From Escherichia phage RuthEpting_Bas85: DNA of 44,889 nt. The notes under the pieces were generated by a model, which made no database searches, was not told where the DNA came from, and worked only from the letters and a program-made list of their open reading frames with translations. The stretch lies in sequence record PQ850624.1; one strand, given 5' to 3'. Shown here in pieces: positions 1 to 9,195 of the stretch; position 1 is the stretch's first letter; every line of letters starts with the position of its first letter. The position numbers and the translations under genes were made by a program.

Positions 1-552
1 ATGGCAGAAATCAAAGTTAAAGGCCGTCGCGCTAAACTGGACGGACGAGTAGCAGTTACCCCGCGCCGTAAACCAGGCGAGCAAACAGAACACACCAATC
101 TTGGACCCGAGATCGAATACGGTAAGCGTCGTAAAGGCGGCAAATGCGGACGCCCGACCGACTACCGCACCGTGTATTGTGACCAGCTTCGTCGCTATTT
201 CGCCGATGCCGTAGCCTGGCAGATCAACTACTCCGACAAGGGCGCGGCGCAAGTCATCCCTCACAACAAGATGCCGACCCTCGGTCGCTTTGCTGCGGAT
301 ATTGGCGTTGGCATCGCTTGCCTGTACCGCTGGGCGCGTGCACATGAGGAGTTCGCCGAGGCGATGGCGGACGCTATGGAGTTGCAGAAAACTTTCCTGA
401 TGGAAGCTGGCGGCGTGACCATCGCGGCGGGCTTCGCTACGTTCCTGCTTAAAGCCAACCACGGCATCCGTGACGATGCGCCAGTGGATGACGAGGAAGA
501 TGATAACGGCGACGTCGTTGTGGAACCTACCGGCAAAGGCCAGGGTGAGTAA
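1..552 (+). CDS. terminase small subunit (putative)
   Basis: 183-aa ORF at window start; basic N-terminus, HTH-like stretch (TLGRFAADIGVGIACLYRWA), acidic C-tail; stop overlaps TerL start (TAATG). Confidence 0.65.
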   Translation: MAEIKVKGRRAKLDGRVAVTPRRKPGEQTEHTNLGPEIEYGKRRKGGKCGRPTDYRTVYCDQLRRYFADAVAWQINYSDKGAAQVIPHNKMPTLGRFAADIGVGIACLYRWARAHEEFAEAMADAMELQKTFLMEAGGVTIAAGFATFLLKANHGIRDDAPVDDEEDDNGDVVVEPTGKGQGE

Positions 553-1937
553 TGCGTAACTATGCGGCAGAACACCGCGCACTTGAACGCGCGATCGCAA
601 AGCGCAACCGACCGCCACGCCCAACGCGCGTTGCGCAGGCCGTCCGCCTGTATCAGCCTGATTGCCTACCGCACCAGGTGGAACTGCTGCGCGACACGAA
701 GACCAAAATCCTCGGCCTTTGCTCCGGCTTCGGTGGCGGAAAGTCGTGGGTCGCAGCGCGTAAGGTCATCCAGCTTCTCACACTTAACCCTGGTCATGAT
801 GGCATCGTTACAGAACCGACTATTCCACTCCTGGTTAAAATCATGTACCCGGAGCTTGAGAAGGCTTTCGACGAGGCTGGATTCCGGTGGAAGTTCAACA
901 AGCAAGATAAAATCTATAGCGTGCTGGTGAAAGGCAAATGGACCCGCGTTATTTGTGAGTCAATGGAGAACTACACCCGCCTGATCGGGGTTAACGCCGC
1001 GTGGATTGTTGCCGATGAGTTCGACACCACGAAGCAGGACGTCGCGATGGCGGCGTATCACAAATTGCTCGGTCGTCTGCGTGCGGGCCTGGTGCGCCAG
1101 TTCGTCATCGTGTCCACGCCTGAAGGCTTCCGGGCGATGTATCAGATTTTCGAAGTGGAGAAGGATAGCCAGAAGCGTTTAATCAGGGCGAAGACCACCG
1201 ATAACCACCACTTACCGGCGGACTTTATCGACACACTGCGAAGCCAGTACCCAGCAAACCTGATTGACGCGTACCTTAACGGCCTGTTTGTCAACCTCAC
1301 CTCGGGCGCTGTATACAAGATGTTTAACCGCGAAGAGAACGCCAGCACCGAGGAAGTGCAACCGGATGATACGCTGATTATCGGTATGGACTTTAACGTC
1401 ACGAAAATGGCGGCGGTTGTGTACGTCAGACGGCAGCGCACTACCGAGAACAAGGATTTCCGCGACGAGATTCACGCAGTGGATGAATTTGTGGACCTGT
1501 TTGATACCCCGGCTATGGTTGAGGCGATCGTGGAGCGCTACCCCGATCATTGTGCTGCCGGTCGGGTCGTCGTTTACCCGGATAGCAGTGGCAAGTCTCG
1601 TAAGACTGTTAACGCATCGTCATCCGATATCGCGCAACTGGAAGACGCTGGCTTCGAGGTGGAATATGACAGCGTTAACCCGCCGGTGAAAGACCGACTG
1701 ATCGCGATGAATACGATGATGTGCAACTCGAAGGGCGTGCGCCAGTATTTTGTCAACCTGGATAAATGCCCTACACTAGCGAAATGTCTGGAACAGCAGG
1801 TTTATGACCTGAAGAAAGGCGAGCCGGATAAAACCGCCGGTGTGGACCACATGAACGATGCCGCGGGCTATCCTGTTGCGCACCTGTTCCCAGTGATTCG
1901 TCCAATCGCCGTTGTTCCAACTGTAGACTTCTACTAA
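552..1937 (+). CDS. terminase large subunit
   Basis: 461 aa; Walker A-like CSGFGGGKS, Walker B WIVADEFD, C-terminal nuclease-type acidic motifs (GMDFNV, VDHMNDAAGY). Confidence 0.9.
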   Translation: MRNYAAEHRALERAIAKRNRPPRPTRVAQAVRLYQPDCLPHQVELLRDTKTKILGLCSGFGGGKSWVAARKVIQLLTLNPGHDGIVTEPTIPLLVKIMYPELEKAFDEAGFRWKFNKQDKIYSVLVKGKWTRVICESMENYTRLIGVNAAWIVADEFDTTKQDVAMAAYHKLLGRLRAGLVRQFVIVSTPEGFRAMYQIFEVEKDSQKRLIRAKTTDNHHLPADFIDTLRSQYPANLIDAYLNGLFVNLTSGAVYKMFNREENASTEEVQPDDTLIIGMDFNVTKMAAVVYVRRQRTTENKDFRDEIHAVDEFVDLFDTPAMVEAIVERYPDHCAAGRVVVYPDSSGKSRKTVNASSSDIAQLEDAGFEVEYDSVNPPVKDRLIAMNTMMCNSKGVRQYFVNLDKCPTLAKCLEQQVYDLKKGEPDKTAGVDHMNDAAGYPVAHLFPVIRPIAVVPTVDFY

Positions 1938-1947
1938 GGAAACGACC

Positions 1948-3468
1948 ATGACCGTTAACGTTGACAACCAGCACCCACTCTATGCGCGCATCGCGCAGGA
2001 GTGGAAAATGATCCGGGATTGTGTAGCAGGGGAGCGCGCCGTGAAGGCGTGCGGCCCTTTGTACCTCCCTCACCCCGCCAGCGGCGACAATACCGACCCG
2101 AAAGCACGGGCGCGATATAAGGCATATAAACAACGTGCTGTATTCCTGAACGCCACCGCGCGCACGCTTAACGCGCTGTTAGGCGTTGCCTTCGCTAAGC
2201 CGGTTAGCGTGGACCTTACCGGGGCGATGGCTGACCTGATTGATGACGTAGACGGCAGCGGGATGCCACTGGCGCAACTCCTGCGCGGTGCTATGTCTGA
2301 AGTGCTGCAATCGGGCCGCGCGGGCTTTATGGTGGACTACGACCGCCAGGCTAACTTTGATGAACTGGGTAACGTAGTGCCGCAGACCGCCGCCGAGATG
2401 GCGACGCATCGCCCGCTTATCCGCCTGTATACGGCAGAACAGATCATCAACTGGCGGCAGACCCACGGCGTTGATACGCTAATCGTGCTGAAGGAGACGG
2501 ACGAAATCAGCACTGAAGACCCGGACGACTTCGCAAACCACGAAGTAACGATCTGGACCGAGCTTCGCATGGTTGACGGCAAGGCGCACGCCCGCCGCTG
2601 GTTTTACAACGCGGACACGTCCGAGGTGCAAATGGACTTGCCGCGCGGATTCACCCGCACCGACCTTGTGCCGCTAGTGGATGCTGCCGGTCGTGCGCTT
2701 ACTCAACTGCCATTTTGCTGGTGCGGTGCGGTGGACAACAACGCCACGCCGGACGCCGCGCCGCTGGCGGATATTGCATCCATCAACATTAAGCACTACA
2801 ACGCTGAGGCGGACGTCGCCGAGATTGCGCACATCGTGGGCCAGCCTACCCTTGTTGCCACGGGACTGACGCAATCATGGGCGGACAAAAACCTGAAGGG
2901 CGGGATTGCTCTCGGCGCGACTAAGGGCGTTATCCTGGGCCAGAACATGGACGCTAAACTGATTCAGGCCGAGGAGCGCAACTTGTCTGTTGCACTTTGT
3001 GAGCGCCGCGAATTGCAAATGGCTAAACTGGGCGCGGCCCTGGTTGAGAAGGGGACCGCACCGAAGACGGCAACTGAAGCGGCCTACGATGCGCAGACTG
3101 ATAACAGTATCCTGTCACTTATTGCCGGTAACGTTGAGAAGGCTTTCAACCGTGCGCTGCAAATCGTCCAGCTATTCACGGGTGATACCGCGGACCAGCG
3201 CGTAACGTTGAACAAGTTCTACACCGAAATCACGGTTGATGCGCAGCTTATGACCGCAATGATGGCGGGTGTGCAGACCGGTACGGTCCGACTGGCTGAC
3301 TTTATCAAGTGGATGATGGCGCAGGGCGTTATCGACGACTCGCAAACCGTCGAGCAGGTGGAAGACGAATTGCGAAATCAGAATCCATTGCCTCAAATGT
3401 CCCCCGATGCGGTAGAATCTACCGAAGAAGACCCGGACAAGGTAACGGACAATGGCGAGAACAATTAA
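1948..3468 (+). CDS. portal protein
   Basis: 506 aa directly after TerL, RBS AAGGA; size, position and acidic C-terminus typical of portal proteins. Confidence 0.8.
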   Translation: MTVNVDNQHPLYARIAQEWKMIRDCVAGERAVKACGPLYLPHPASGDNTDPKARARYKAYKQRAVFLNATARTLNALLGVAFAKPVSVDLTGAMADLIDDVDGSGMPLAQLLRGAMSEVLQSGRAGFMVDYDRQANFDELGNVVPQTAAEMATHRPLIRLYTAEQIINWRQTHGVDTLIVLKETDEISTEDPDDFANHEVTIWTELRMVDGKAHARRWFYNADTSEVQMDLPRGFTRTDLVPLVDAAGRALTQLPFCWCGAVDNNATPDAAPLADIASINIKHYNAEADVAEIAHIVGQPTLVATGLTQSWADKNLKGGIALGATKGVILGQNMDAKLIQAEERNLSVALCERRELQMAKLGAALVEKGTAPKTATEAAYDAQTDNSILSLIAGNVEKAFNRALQIVQLFTGDTADQRVTLNKFYTEITVDAQLMTAMMAGVQTGTVRLADFIKWMMAQGVIDDSQTVEQVEDELRNQNPLPQMSPDAVESTEEDPDKVTDNGENN

Positions 3469-4555
3469 TCAACATATGGCGGATCGCATGATTCGCCGTC
3501 ACATCTTCACCCAGCGCCTGAGCAATGACCAGGCGCGGCGGGTGTTGGCTATGTGGGAGAAGTTCCGGCCCACGTTACTTGGTAAGCTGACCGAGTTACT
3601 TGATGGCAAAAAGTCCATGAATAACAAGGCACTGACCACTCTGTTAACGCAAATCGACAAGACCGTCAAAACGGAACTGCGCACCGAGTTTAAAGCGCTG
3701 GCTGAAAGCCTTCAGGAGTTCGCCGACACCGAGGCTGATTATCTTGCCGATACATTAACGGCAGCGATCCAGCCAGCGGTCGCCGTACCTGCGGTTGAGG
3801 TAGTTGGCGTTGTGACCGGCGCGCAGATCGCAGCGACGGCTATGAAAAACCCATTCCAGGGAAACACCATGATGCAATGGCCTGATTCACTTTCTGAGTG
3901 GACCAGGACGCAGATCGGTAATCAGGTGCGCGCTGGATTCATCCAGGGAAAGCCGACTATGGAAATTATCGCGGACGTAAGGCGCGCGCTCGGCGGTCGT
4001 AGTGCGCAGGCAATCTCAAGCGTTGTTAAGTCCGCAGTAAACCACTATGCGGCGACCGCCCGCGAATTAATGGTAAAAGCTAATGACGATATTCTCGAAG
4101 GTCGCCAATGGTTGGCTACATTGGATACACACACATCACCTATGTGCCAGCTACGCGATCGCCTGTTTTATCCAGTTGATGTTACTCCCGACACCAAAGG
4201 AAAGCGCGGCGGGAAAGTGGTGGCTGGGACACAATATGGCGCTGGTCCGGGCAAGCTGCATTATTGCTGCCGGTCTACGGAGACGTGGAAAGTCAAAGGC
4301 ATGGAAGATTGGCCCAGTGGTAAGCGTCCGGCACTGAAGGCTGACGCGGGTCGATTGCTGAGTGAGCAGGTCGACGCGCAGACTGATTTCTTCTCATGGG
4401 TACAGCGCCAGCCGCGCCATATTCTGGAGGAATTATATGGGGTGCAGCGCGCAGACCAGATTATGCGCGGCGTGAAAGTGCCGAAGATGTTCACCGATAC
4501 TGGCGAACTAATGACTATCGCACAGATTAAAAACCGGGGGTTATGGCGTGATTAA
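3452..4555 (+). CDS. head morphogenesis protein (Mu F / SPP1 gp7-like)
   Basis: 367 aa overlapping portal end; minor-head-protein-like motifs (WLATLDTHTSPMCQ, Cys-rich C-terminal half). Confidence 0.7.
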   Translation: MARTINQHMADRMIRRHIFTQRLSNDQARRVLAMWEKFRPTLLGKLTELLDGKKSMNNKALTTLLTQIDKTVKTELRTEFKALAESLQEFADTEADYLADTLTAAIQPAVAVPAVEVVGVVTGAQIAATAMKNPFQGNTMMQWPDSLSEWTRTQIGNQVRAGFIQGKPTMEIIADVRRALGGRSAQAISSVVKSAVNHYAATARELMVKANDDILEGRQWLATLDTHTSPMCQLRDRLFYPVDVTPDTKGKRGGKVVAGTQYGAGPGKLHYCCRSTETWKVKGMEDWPSGKRPALKADAGRLLSEQVDAQTDFFSWVQRQPRHILEELYGVQRADQIMRGVKVPKMFTDTGELMTIAQIKNRGLWRD

Positions 4556-4856
4556 ATATGCAGCGATTGGACTGGTTATCGGTCTGGCGGTTGGATTCTG
4601 GCAGGGTGATTCCTACCGCACTGGCGTTGTGGCGAAAGCGGCGCAAGAAGCGCAAGCCGAAGCCCAACGGCAGCAAACTAAGGTTGTAGAGGGGTCGGTG
4701 AAGGCTGAGCAAGCCCGCGACGTGGAATACCGGACTATCACGAAAGAGGTTGTAAAATATGTTACGCGTCCTAACCGTCCTGATTGTAGTTTTGATGCTG
4801 AGCGCGTGCGGATCAAGCAAAGCGCCATCGACGCCGCTAACCGAGTCGGTCTATAG
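4548..4856 (+). CDS. Rz-like inner-membrane spanin (putative)
   Basis: GTG start; N-terminal TM segment (IKYAAIGLVIGLAVGFW) followed by Ala/Gln/Glu-rich coiled-coil region; contains an embedded +1-frame lipoprotein ORF. Confidence 0.5.
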   Translation: MIKYAAIGLVIGLAVGFWQGDSYRTGVVAKAAQEAQAEAQRQQTKVVEGSVKAEQARDVEYRTITKEVVKYVTRPNRPDCSFDAERVRIKQSAIDAANRVGL

Positions 4857-4989
4857 ACCGCCTTGCACCTTTGAGAATGCCTCGGCAGATCCAGACGAGG
4901 ACTTGCTTGTTGATGTTAAAAATATGGAATGCGGGGCTAAGCTGAGGGCGCAAGTGCTGGAGTTGCAGAAAATAATTCGGGGGCCGTAA
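4759..4989 (+). CDS. Rz1-like outer-membrane lipoprotein spanin (putative)
   Basis: 76 aa, RBS AGAGG; signal peptide with lipobox LSAC; Pro-containing mature part; starts inside and extends past the preceding ORF (overlapped Rz/Rz1 architecture). Confidence 0.5.
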   Translation: MLRVLTVLIVVLMLSACGSSKAPSTPLTESVYRPPCTFENASADPDEDLLVDVKNMECGAKLRAQVLELQKIIRGP

Positions 4990-5002
4990 TGGCCCCCTTT
5001 TT
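4979..5002. terminator. bidirectional rho-independent terminator
   Basis: GGGGGCC-gtaat-GGCCCCC followed by TTTTT; sits between convergent genes (Rz1 stop 4989, minus gene stop 5004). Confidence 0.7.
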
Positions 5003-5003
5003 G

Positions 5004-5768
5004 TTAGCGCGGAATACCGCAAATCTCGTTTAACGTCTTCACGTCCAGCGCTACTGCCGTTGACTTCGGCTTGTCCGGGTATGGAATGAACTGTTCAACT
5101 TCAGGCCACGCCGCGATCAGCTTCTTGTCAGTATTGTGCATATCCAGCACGCCGGTAACAGTTAGTTTGAACGCGTCATACTTCGCACGCAATTCACGGC
5201 GGGCCTTGTCGTTGCGGTCCAGTCGCTTGCAGAAATCATGATCTGCCGGGTAGTCTGCGCGACCGCGCGGGAGATATATCGGCAGCGCTTTTCCATCTTC
5301 GTCCACTTCGCACACTGACGCGAGCATAATTTCCTCGTACCCCGGTACAATATCGCTGAGGTCCGGCGCGAGCTTATTCGTATATTTATCTTCCCAGTAT
5401 CCGCGATGAACGCGGTATTTACGACCGTCGCCGCTCAATGACAAGGTGCGAACGTTACCGCCTGCGTTGATTTCGAAAGTGGCGTCATAAACGCTGCCGA
5501 TACCTTTCGGGCGGTCGGTGTTATAGCTATATGTCGCCTTGTTGGTATATACGCTGACGCCGTACATCTGCGACTGGTCATCGCGGATTGATACAATATA
5601 TGCGCGTAGCTCGGCGAACGTGTGAATGCCTTTTGGCATACAGTGCAACGTGATGTCGTACGCCAGGTCGCGAGAGTCCATCATGATTTTTTTGGCTTCA
5701 GTCGCGATTTCGTGGTCGCGCAGGATGTTAGCCAGAATCTGGTTTTTAATGTCTTTTGTCAGTCTCAT
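5004..5768 (-). CDS. hypothetical protein (opposite-strand moron in head region)
   Basis: 254-aa ORF, ATG start with RBS GAGGA; no motif recognised; opposite orientation to the flanking structural genes. Confidence 0.5.
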   Translation of the reverse strand: MRLTKDIKNQILANILRDHEIATEAKKIMMDSRDLAYDITLHCMPKGIHTFAELRAYIVSIRDDQSQMYGVSVYTNKATYSYNTDRPKGIGSVYDATFEINAGGNVRTLSLSGDGRKYRVHRGYWEDKYTNKLAPDLSDIVPGYEEIMLASVCEVDEDGKALPIYLPRGRADYPADHDFCKRLDRNDKARRELRAKYDAFKLTVTGVLDMHNTDKKLIAAWPEVEQFIPYPDKPKSTAVALDVKTLNEICGIPR

Positions 5769-5807
5769 TTTTGTGTCCTCAAGGTTGGGGCTTCCGCCCC
5801 ATTTGGT

Positions 5808-6122
5808 TTAGTTAAACTTGATGTTTCCACCGGTGGAAGTTAAGCGAGCGCATACAGCTTCAACGGCATCGACGCACATGAAATCGTTAAAGGCTTCTAC
5901 CAGGGCGTTGATGAAAGATGCCGGAACCAGGCCACAAGCCGGATTTTCGAAGGTTGCGGAATTGATTGCAGCCTTTGCGGCTTCAGTAGCGTTCATGCTC
6001 TGGCACAGATTCAGCGCTTCCGCGTTACGCATTGCGTGAAAGGTAAAAGTATTGGCTACGGCAGCTTTATTGAAACGGGTCATTGCTGCGTCTACTGGAG
6101 TTGCTACGGTCATGTTATTCAT
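5808..6122 (-). CDS. hypothetical Ala-rich protein (moron)
   Basis: Start chosen at ATG 6122 (MNNMTV...) because of RBS AAGGA 8 nt upstream; ORF track extends to 6173 via TTG; no motif recognised. Confidence 0.4.
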   Translation of the reverse strand: MNNMTVATPVDAAMTRFNKAAVANTFTFHAMRNAEALNLCQSMNATEAAKAAINSATFENPACGLVPASFINALVEAFNDFMCVDAVEAVCARLTSTGGNIKFN

Positions 6123-6158
6123 TTTGTTTTCCTTCATATCTCTGTTGGTGTGCAACCA

Positions 6159-6187
6159 ATATAATGCAACCAATACCCGGATTGCAA
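6159..6187 (-). promoter_or_regulatory. sigma70-like promoter for minus-strand island, overlapped by two TGCAACCAAT motifs
   Basis: Minus-strand reading TTGCAA(6187-6182)-N17-TTATAT(6164-6159); plus strand carries TGCAACCAAT at 6151-6160 and 6165-6174 with a perfect TATAAT at 6160-6165. Confidence 0.4.
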
Positions 6188-6277
6188 GCGAATTTTGCGA
6201 TTATTTTTATCGCTGATAATATTAGAAGCGTGAAGTCGAGCGGGTGGCCCGCTCTGCCACAATCCCAGGGGGATAGC

Positions 6278-6982
6278 ATGAAACTTACTAAAGCAGAATA
6301 TGACGCGTTGCCGGAAAGCATGAAGGCGCTTTTTGTTGCCGACGGCGATGGGTATAAGTCAACATTTATGTCCGCTGACGAAGTACAGGCGGAAATCAAG
6401 GGTCTGAAAGACAACAACGCAAAGCTGGTGAGCGAGAAGAAAGCAGAAGCTGAACGCCGCGCCGAAGCCGAGCGCCTTGCGAAAGAGAAAGAGGACGCCG
6501 CCGCGCGCAAAAATGGCGACCTCGAAGCGATTGATAAGTCCTGGAAGGATAAGTTTGCAAAACACGAAGCAGACACATCGGGGAAAATCGAATCCTATCG
6601 CAAGCAGATCCACGACCTTACTATCGGCAGCGCTGCCAAAGACCTGGCCTCGAAGCTGTTCGGTAAGAATGCTGGCATCATGCAACGCCACGTAATGGAA
6701 CGCCTCGCGCTGGAAGACGGCGAAGACGGCAGCTTGAAAGTGCGCGTCTTGCAGGATGGCAAACCGTCCGCTCTGACTATGGACGAGCTTGAAAAAGAGT
6801 TCCGTAATAACGCCGATTTTGCATCCGTCCTAGCTGGCACGCCAGCCGGTGGCGCTCCGAGCAAACCGACACAGGTTATCGAAGATGCGAAGTCTAAAAT
6901 CACGATGGGCCATAGCTTCGGTATCACCGACCTGACGAAACAGGCAGGGGATATCATCGCTAAGATGGGCGACGACGAGTAA
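6278..6982 (+). CDS. head scaffolding protein (putative)
   Basis: Start at ATG 6278 (RBS AGGGGGA); 234 aa, charged, coiled-coil-like (AEAERRAEAERLAKEKEDAAARK); immediately upstream of major capsid gene. Confidence 0.6.
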   Translation: MKLTKAEYDALPESMKALFVADGDGYKSTFMSADEVQAEIKGLKDNNAKLVSEKKAEAERRAEAERLAKEKEDAAARKNGDLEAIDKSWKDKFAKHEADTSGKIESYRKQIHDLTIGSAAKDLASKLFGKNAGIMQRHVMERLALEDGEDGSLKVRVLQDGKPSALTMDELEKEFRNNADFASVLAGTPAGGAPSKPTQVIEDAKSKITMGHSFGITDLTKQAGDIIAKMGDDE

Positions 6983-7079
6983 GCAGATCGCCCGCGAAAG
7001 CGGGCGATTTTGCTAGCGCGTAAATCTAAGGTAACATTAACGTCACTGGGCGAATGCTCACAACTCAAAGGATTTCGAT

Positions 7080-8180
7080 ATGTCTTTAACAGTGTTCCAG
7101 CGTAAACTCGTTACCGCGGTTACGCAAATGATCCCCGACAACCTGAACGTGTTCAACGCTGCCGCTAATGGCGCTGTTGTTCTCGGTACAGGTGAAGTGC
7201 TGAAGGACGTTGTAGAAAAAATGTCCGTCGGCTTGATCGCCAACCTCGTTACTGACCGTAACGCATATGCGCCTGTAGGCACACCGGCAACCGCTAAAGT
7301 GCTGGCGCGTATGCTGACCAACTCGGTTAACCTCTCCGCGAAAGTGGGTCCGGTAGCAATCACTAAGGCTATGATGGCTAAGATCGAAACCAACGTTAAC
7401 AGCGTTGCGGCTGAGATTGCGGCACAGGCTACTCAAGCGATTATGCTGCATTACCTGAAGGCAGGTATTGGCGCAAGTAAAGCGGCGATCGAGAGCAACG
7501 CAGCGGCAGCATACACCCAACCGGCGCGCGTTGATGGCGTTGGCGGTCGTACCTTCCCTACCCTGGCAGACTTCCCGCTGGCGGCTTCTAAGTTCGGCGA
7601 TCAGGCGTCTTTGATTAAGTCCTGGTTTATGGACGGCGTTACCTGGGCTAACTTCATTGCGTACCAGGCGCTGCCTTCCGCTGAGCAGGTATTCGCGATC
7701 GGCGATCTGCAAGTAATGGGTGATGGCCTGGGCCGTCGTTTCATTATCTCCGATGCCGCTGCCGATGCTATGGGCGCGGGTAAGATGCTGGGTCTGGTCC
7801 CTGGCGCGGTTGCAGTTACCACTAACGGCCTCGATATGCTGGCGCAGGAAAAAGGCGGTAACGAGAACATCGAGCGCTGGTGGCAGGGTGAGTTCGACTT
7901 CAACGTGGCTGTTAAAGGCTACCGTCTGAAGGCGTCCGCTCGTACTCCGATCGAAGGCGTCCGCTCTTTTGCCCTGGGTGATATCACCACTAAGGACAAC
8001 TGGGAACTGGATCAGGGCCAAGTAGACAACGCTCCGGCAACCGTTCAGGATGTTGGCGCGGTGGGTGATGGCGATACTAAAGGCCGTCGCAAGACCCAAG
8101 CAGCACAGGCCGTGCCGACCCGTAACATCAAGGAAACGGCTGGCGTACTGGTTACGCTGACTGCTACCAGCGCGTCTTAA
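7080..8180 (+). CDS. major capsid protein
   Basis: 366 aa, RBS AAGGA, followed by strong terminator; position after scaffold; composition typical of capsid proteins. Antisense ORF 7086-8189 judged spurious. Confidence 0.8.
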   Translation: MSLTVFQRKLVTAVTQMIPDNLNVFNAAANGAVVLGTGEVLKDVVEKMSVGLIANLVTDRNAYAPVGTPATAKVLARMLTNSVNLSAKVGPVAITKAMMAKIETNVNSVAAEIAAQATQAIMLHYLKAGIGASKAAIESNAAAAYTQPARVDGVGGRTFPTLADFPLAASKFGDQASLIKSWFMDGVTWANFIAYQALPSAEQVFAIGDLQVMGDGLGRRFIISDAAADAMGAGKMLGLVPGAVAVTTNGLDMLAQEKGGNENIERWWQGEFDFNVAVKGYRLKASARTPIEGVRSFALGDITTKDNWELDQGQVDNAPATVQDVGAVGDGDTKGRRKTQAAQAVPTRNIKETAGVLVTLTATSAS

Positions 8181-8197
8181 TCGGCGCACATCCCAAA

Positions 8198-8223
8198 GGG
8201 GCGGGCTTATGCCCGCCTTTTTT
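8198..8223 (+). terminator. rho-independent terminator after capsid gene
   Basis: GGGGCGGGC-ttat-GCCCGCC followed by TTTTTT. Confidence 0.75.
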
Positions 8224-8238
8224 ATAGGAGCGAATAAA

Positions 8239-8739
8239 ATGTATGGCGACCCGCAAACCTTTACTGATTATGCCGCTGCGCGAGGCGTTGAAATTACGCT
8301 GGGCGATGCAACGCGACACCTTACCATCGTTAATGACTTCCTCAACGGCCTCAACTGGATCGGCGAACAAGCAGACCAGACCGGAATCGACGCATGGCCC
8401 CGCATTAATTACCCGTCAGACGGTAAGCCGGTGCGAGACACGCTCACTGAAGTTGTGGCGGTAGTGCCTGCCGGGCAAATCGTAGACTTCGCATCAATCC
8501 CCGTTGCCGTTGAGCAAGCCGTTTACCGGCTGGCGATGCTGGTGGCGGACGATATTGATATTTCGCCGATCGGCGGTGGCAAGGAGACTATCCGCGAAAC
8601 GGTTGGCCCGATTACGATGGAATATGACCCCGCTACAATTGGCGGATACGTGGCGTTCCCGTGGTGGGATGGCTTGCTGGGCTACTGGGTGAACGTAGAC
8701 GGCAACGCTTCAGGTAACTTTGACGTATACAGGGGCTAA
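8239..8739 (+). CDS. head-tail connector / adaptor-like protein (putative)
   Basis: Start at ATG 8239 (RBS AGGAG); 166 aa; placement between capsid and tail genes; function by position only. Confidence 0.45.
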   Translation: MYGDPQTFTDYAAARGVEITLGDATRHLTIVNDFLNGLNWIGEQADQTGIDAWPRINYPSDGKPVRDTLTEVVAVVPAGQIVDFASIPVAVEQAVYRLAMLVADDIDISPIGGGKETIRETVGPITMEYDPATIGGYVAFPWWDGLLGYWVNVDGNASGNFDVYRG

Positions 8740-8740
8740 T

Positions 8741-8854
8741 ATGAATCCGGCTGTTATTGCAGCGTTGCTGGCAGCGCTGGCGACGAAAGAGAAAGAGGAA
8801 GAACCAGTACCGCCGGAAGCACCGGCGCAGGAGGAAGACGATGGCGGGCTTTGA
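8741..8854 (+). CDS. small acidic ORF (37 aa), uncertain
   Basis: ATG with G-rich RBS; MNPAVIAALLAALATKEKEEEPVPPEAPAQEEDDGGL; overlaps the start of the next gene; may not be expressed. Confidence 0.25.
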   Translation: MNPAVIAALLAALATKEKEEEPVPPEAPAQEEDDGGL

Positions 8855-9194
8855 CTACGCGGGCTTAAAGCGGAAAGTAAATCCGCTGATTAAAAAATTC
8901 GGCATGACAGTTACCGTGACGCGTCCTGGATCTGTTGACCGCGTTAACGGCGACGAAGTGGTAATCCCGCCGACCTCGTTTGATATCATCGGACTGCGTG
9001 AGGAGTACAAGCCACGCGAGATCGACGGGACTCGGGTAATTGCCGGTGATGTTAAATTCTTATGCCGGGCGGTGGAGCAATTGCAGGTAGGCGATCTGGT
9101 TAACCTGAATAACACAGACTACCGGGTCGTTAATACTAACCCCCTGCAACCGGCGGGCACGACCATGCTGTTTCAATTACAGCTAAGGGGGTAA
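8841..9194 (+). CDS. head-tail joining / head closure protein (putative)
   Basis: Start at ATG 8841 (RBS AGGAGG 6 nt upstream); the ORF-track extension from 8757 gives an implausible poly-basic N-terminus. Confidence 0.45.
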   Translation: MAGFDYAGLKRKVNPLIKKFGMTVTVTRPGSVDRVNGDEVVIPPTSFDIIGLREEYKPREIDGTRVIAGDVKFLCRAVEQLQVGDLVNLNNTDYRVVNTNPLQPAGTTMLFQLQLRG

Positions 9195-9195
9195 C

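Noticed and set aside
562-930. Internal alternative-frame ORFs inside TerL (562-930, 666-905) and similar nested ORFs elsewhere in the track
   Set aside because: Fully contained in strongly supported genes, in other frames or strands, without RBS; biased low-complexity composition.
7086-8189. 367-aa minus-strand ORF spanning the whole major capsid gene
   Set aside because: Antisense to a well-supported capsid gene with RBS and terminator; product is Arg/Cys/His-rich with no motifs; typical shadow ORF in GC-rich coding sequence.
8757-8840. N-terminal extension of ORF 8757-9194 (poly-Arg/Lys)
   Set aside because: Out-of-phase reading of the GAA/GAG-rich end of the neighbouring small ORF; a strong AGGAGG RBS supports the internal ATG at 8841.
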